From Octopus sinensis (lineage: Eukaryota), in the NCBI RefSeq assembly GCF_006345805.1, contig NC_042999.1, positions 125,054,001-125,118,000 on the forward strand: a stretch of DNA of 64,000 nt, written 5' to 3'. A program made the position numbers and the translations under genes. The notes beneath the pieces are model-generated. The model was not told where the DNA came from. It saw nothing but the letters and a program-made list of their open reading frames with translations, and did not search any database. This document shows, piece after piece, positions 61,714-64,000 of this stretch. Numbering within the stretch: position 1 is the first letter of the stretch; each line of letters opens with the position of its first letter.

Positions 61714-63232
61714 GAAATATTAAAATTACTAAGTCTCTCTAAAAGAGAACAACGGCAGCGTTCCCGGAAAATAATAGTTATCGCCATATTAATATGGCAT
61801 TCTTATAAAAATAAGAATAAAGCTGTCCGCTTATTAGCTCCATGAGGCCATCGCCTTAAGTTAGCTATTTGATACACAAACTGTATCCATATAACCTTCG
61901 AATAAGGGAGATCAGTCGCTCCACACTACTTGACCGGCAACTACTTTTTATTTGTTTCAGTCATTTGACTGCTGCCATGCTGGAGCACTGCCTTTAGTTG
62001 AACAAATCGACCCTAGGACTTATTCTATGCTCACTCTTTTGCTGAACCGCTAAGGGGACGTAAACACCCTGGCATCGGTTGTCAAGCGATGGTGGAGGGA
62101 CAAACACAGACACAAAAACATACACACACACATATATATAAATATATATACACGACGGGCTTCTTTCAATTTCCATCTACATTTGGGTAAACAGCTATAT
62201 AAGAATGAAGCTCACACCTAATAAGCTAATAATTAAATATCTATATGCTATAATAAAGAAAGCAATTATTAAAATCTACACTGTCTAGAAAATTCTTATA
62301 AATTCCAATTTTAATAAATTTTTATCAAAATGTGGTTTTCAAGATTCTTTTGAAGATTTCAACAACGTGGTTCAATCACGGATCTACTTTTTATTCACTG
62401 TAATATAGTTATCTTGCGTTGTAAGATAGCATTTTTAAATGCTTTTGTTTATACTTCTGAAAGTATATAGGTTGCCTAAATATTTGCAATGCTACTTTCT
62501 ACAGGCATATCAGTAAAAACATTTCTCCAAATTATAAGTTTAATCTAACATATCTAAAATTATGTTGATTCGTGTATCATTTCATATTTGGTTTTGTTGA
62601 AGAAATAAGAAGCTGAATAAGAAAAGTGGGTTTAAATTACATCAGTTACACCAATATAAACTTGCATTGTTTTCTTTCCTAAAGTATTTCCCCCTGACTT
62701 TGTTTCCTCATAACTTTCTGAAAAGTGAACATATTTAATGACATTTTCTACAAGTATGTTTCAGATAGTGTAGATTACAATTATATTGGAATTTGTTGTG
62801 AAAAAATTTTGAATAATTTACACACTTTGATTTAGTTTCCTCATAATTTTCATGCTTTGGGAAAAAATATTACTTTTTTGGACTATTCCATCCTTTCCCT
62901 TCTGGAATTTGTTTAATGAATATTTTTAAATAAAATAAAAATTTCCAGAGATACAAGAATAATTTGAAATTAAAAAGAAAAGATTATCAGAGGTGAATTT
63001 GTTGGTACAGTATAAGCCTTAGAGTATACTCATGTGGCCTGTTAGTTTTTTAACATATTAAACAACCACATAGAAGGTGGGCTACCTTTGAGTTTGTTCA
63101 GAAGAGAGAGATTAACATGGCATATGTTCAGTCAACATAATTCTTTCATAAATTGTTGGCTTAGATTTTATTGAAATCTTCTATTTGTGAAAGTCTTACT
63201 AGTAAGTTGTTTCTCTCTTTTTATTTTTACAG

Positions 63233-63548
63233 TAAAGTCTTCCATTTTGGATGTGGCCAAAAAGCTGGTGCTTTGAACCAATATTTTGACTCTTATAGTT
63301 CATTCTGCCCTAGCCACAGACCTCGACAAGCATGCCAAGTGAGTGACCGCCTATCCTTCTTTGGAACTGCCAACAGTATGTGTGTAATCTGCATGAATGC
63401 TGTAGAAGCTCGTGCCTCCAATGACACACTGCGAGCACCATGCTGTAAGAACACCTGGTTCCATCGTACATGTATCCAACGTCAAGCATTAGCTGCTGGA
63501 TTACACTTCTTCAAATGCCCTCTCTGTTGTAATAAAGAACTATTTCAG
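63233..63548 (+). CDS. G2E3: G2E3/PHF7-family protein, second coding exon (KVFHFGCG...FCPSHRP...CVICM...PCCKNTWFHRTCIQRQAL.AGLHFFKCPLCCNKELFQ)
   Basis: tttacag acceptor; CG+T gives Arg, joining exon 1 in frame; gtatgc donor at 63549; second PHD/RING-like finger motifs. The gene continues outside the window. Confidence 0.92.
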
Positions 63549-64000
63549 GTATGCTACCATTTTATTATTTCTACCTTTCTTTTTCAGTTTTTAGATTTTC
63601 ATTATTCCTACAAAGGATTCCATTATTGACTAGGTAGATTTGTAAGTATTTCCAATAAGTTATTTTTTCTTTACTTCTTTTTTTAGAATAATTATAATTT
63701 ATATGTGCACACATGTAACAAAGAAAATACTTTCTAAACAAAACAAAAAAATTCTGCTGCTGTTAATTCTCTGAATAAGTCTATGCAAATACAAGCTTAA
63801 AATTTCCTATAACCACATATGATAAAAAAATTTTGTTCATAAATTATTTCCTTTACCAAGCTTTTGCTTTATTTTTCTGAAGGAATTAAGCACTTAAATC
63901 TCAATCTCTAACTACATAAAATATTCTGTACATAAACATACTACACATACCAATTCCACAGATTTGACCAAACTGTAAAAAAATGGTTTTAAGGAACATT

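Overview
AT-rich, repeat-dense, intron-containing animal genomic DNA. The repeat families and microsatellite load point to an octopus (inference). Three spliced genes were assembled by hand. (1) The 3' five coding exons of a threonine synthase-like 1 gene (THNSL1, + strand, 4538-14258). (2) A complete 8-coding-exon inositol monophosphatase (IMPA1-like, - strand, 35527-16797; 840 nt CDS, 279 aa), convergent with THNSL1. (3) The first two coding exons of a G2E3/PHF7-family PHD-finger gene (+ strand, 57202-63548, continuing beyond the window). The rest is mobile DNA: a 3.5-kb 5'-truncated RTE LINE whose ORF carries a PHD finger, many RTE-tailed and tRNA-headed SINEs, two Penelope-like GIY-YIG fragments, mariner and pogo relics, hAT and palindromic MITEs, and a non-autonomous Helitron. 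Most interesting signals: several hammerhead-ribozyme cores, one nearly intact with an extended stem II and one sitting behind a tRNA-derived Pol III head inside a Penelope-like element; several long intronic foldbacks; and an apparent CpG-depletion boundary near 47 kb. Coordinates were counted by eye; exon junctions were frame-checked, while repeat boundaries are approximate.
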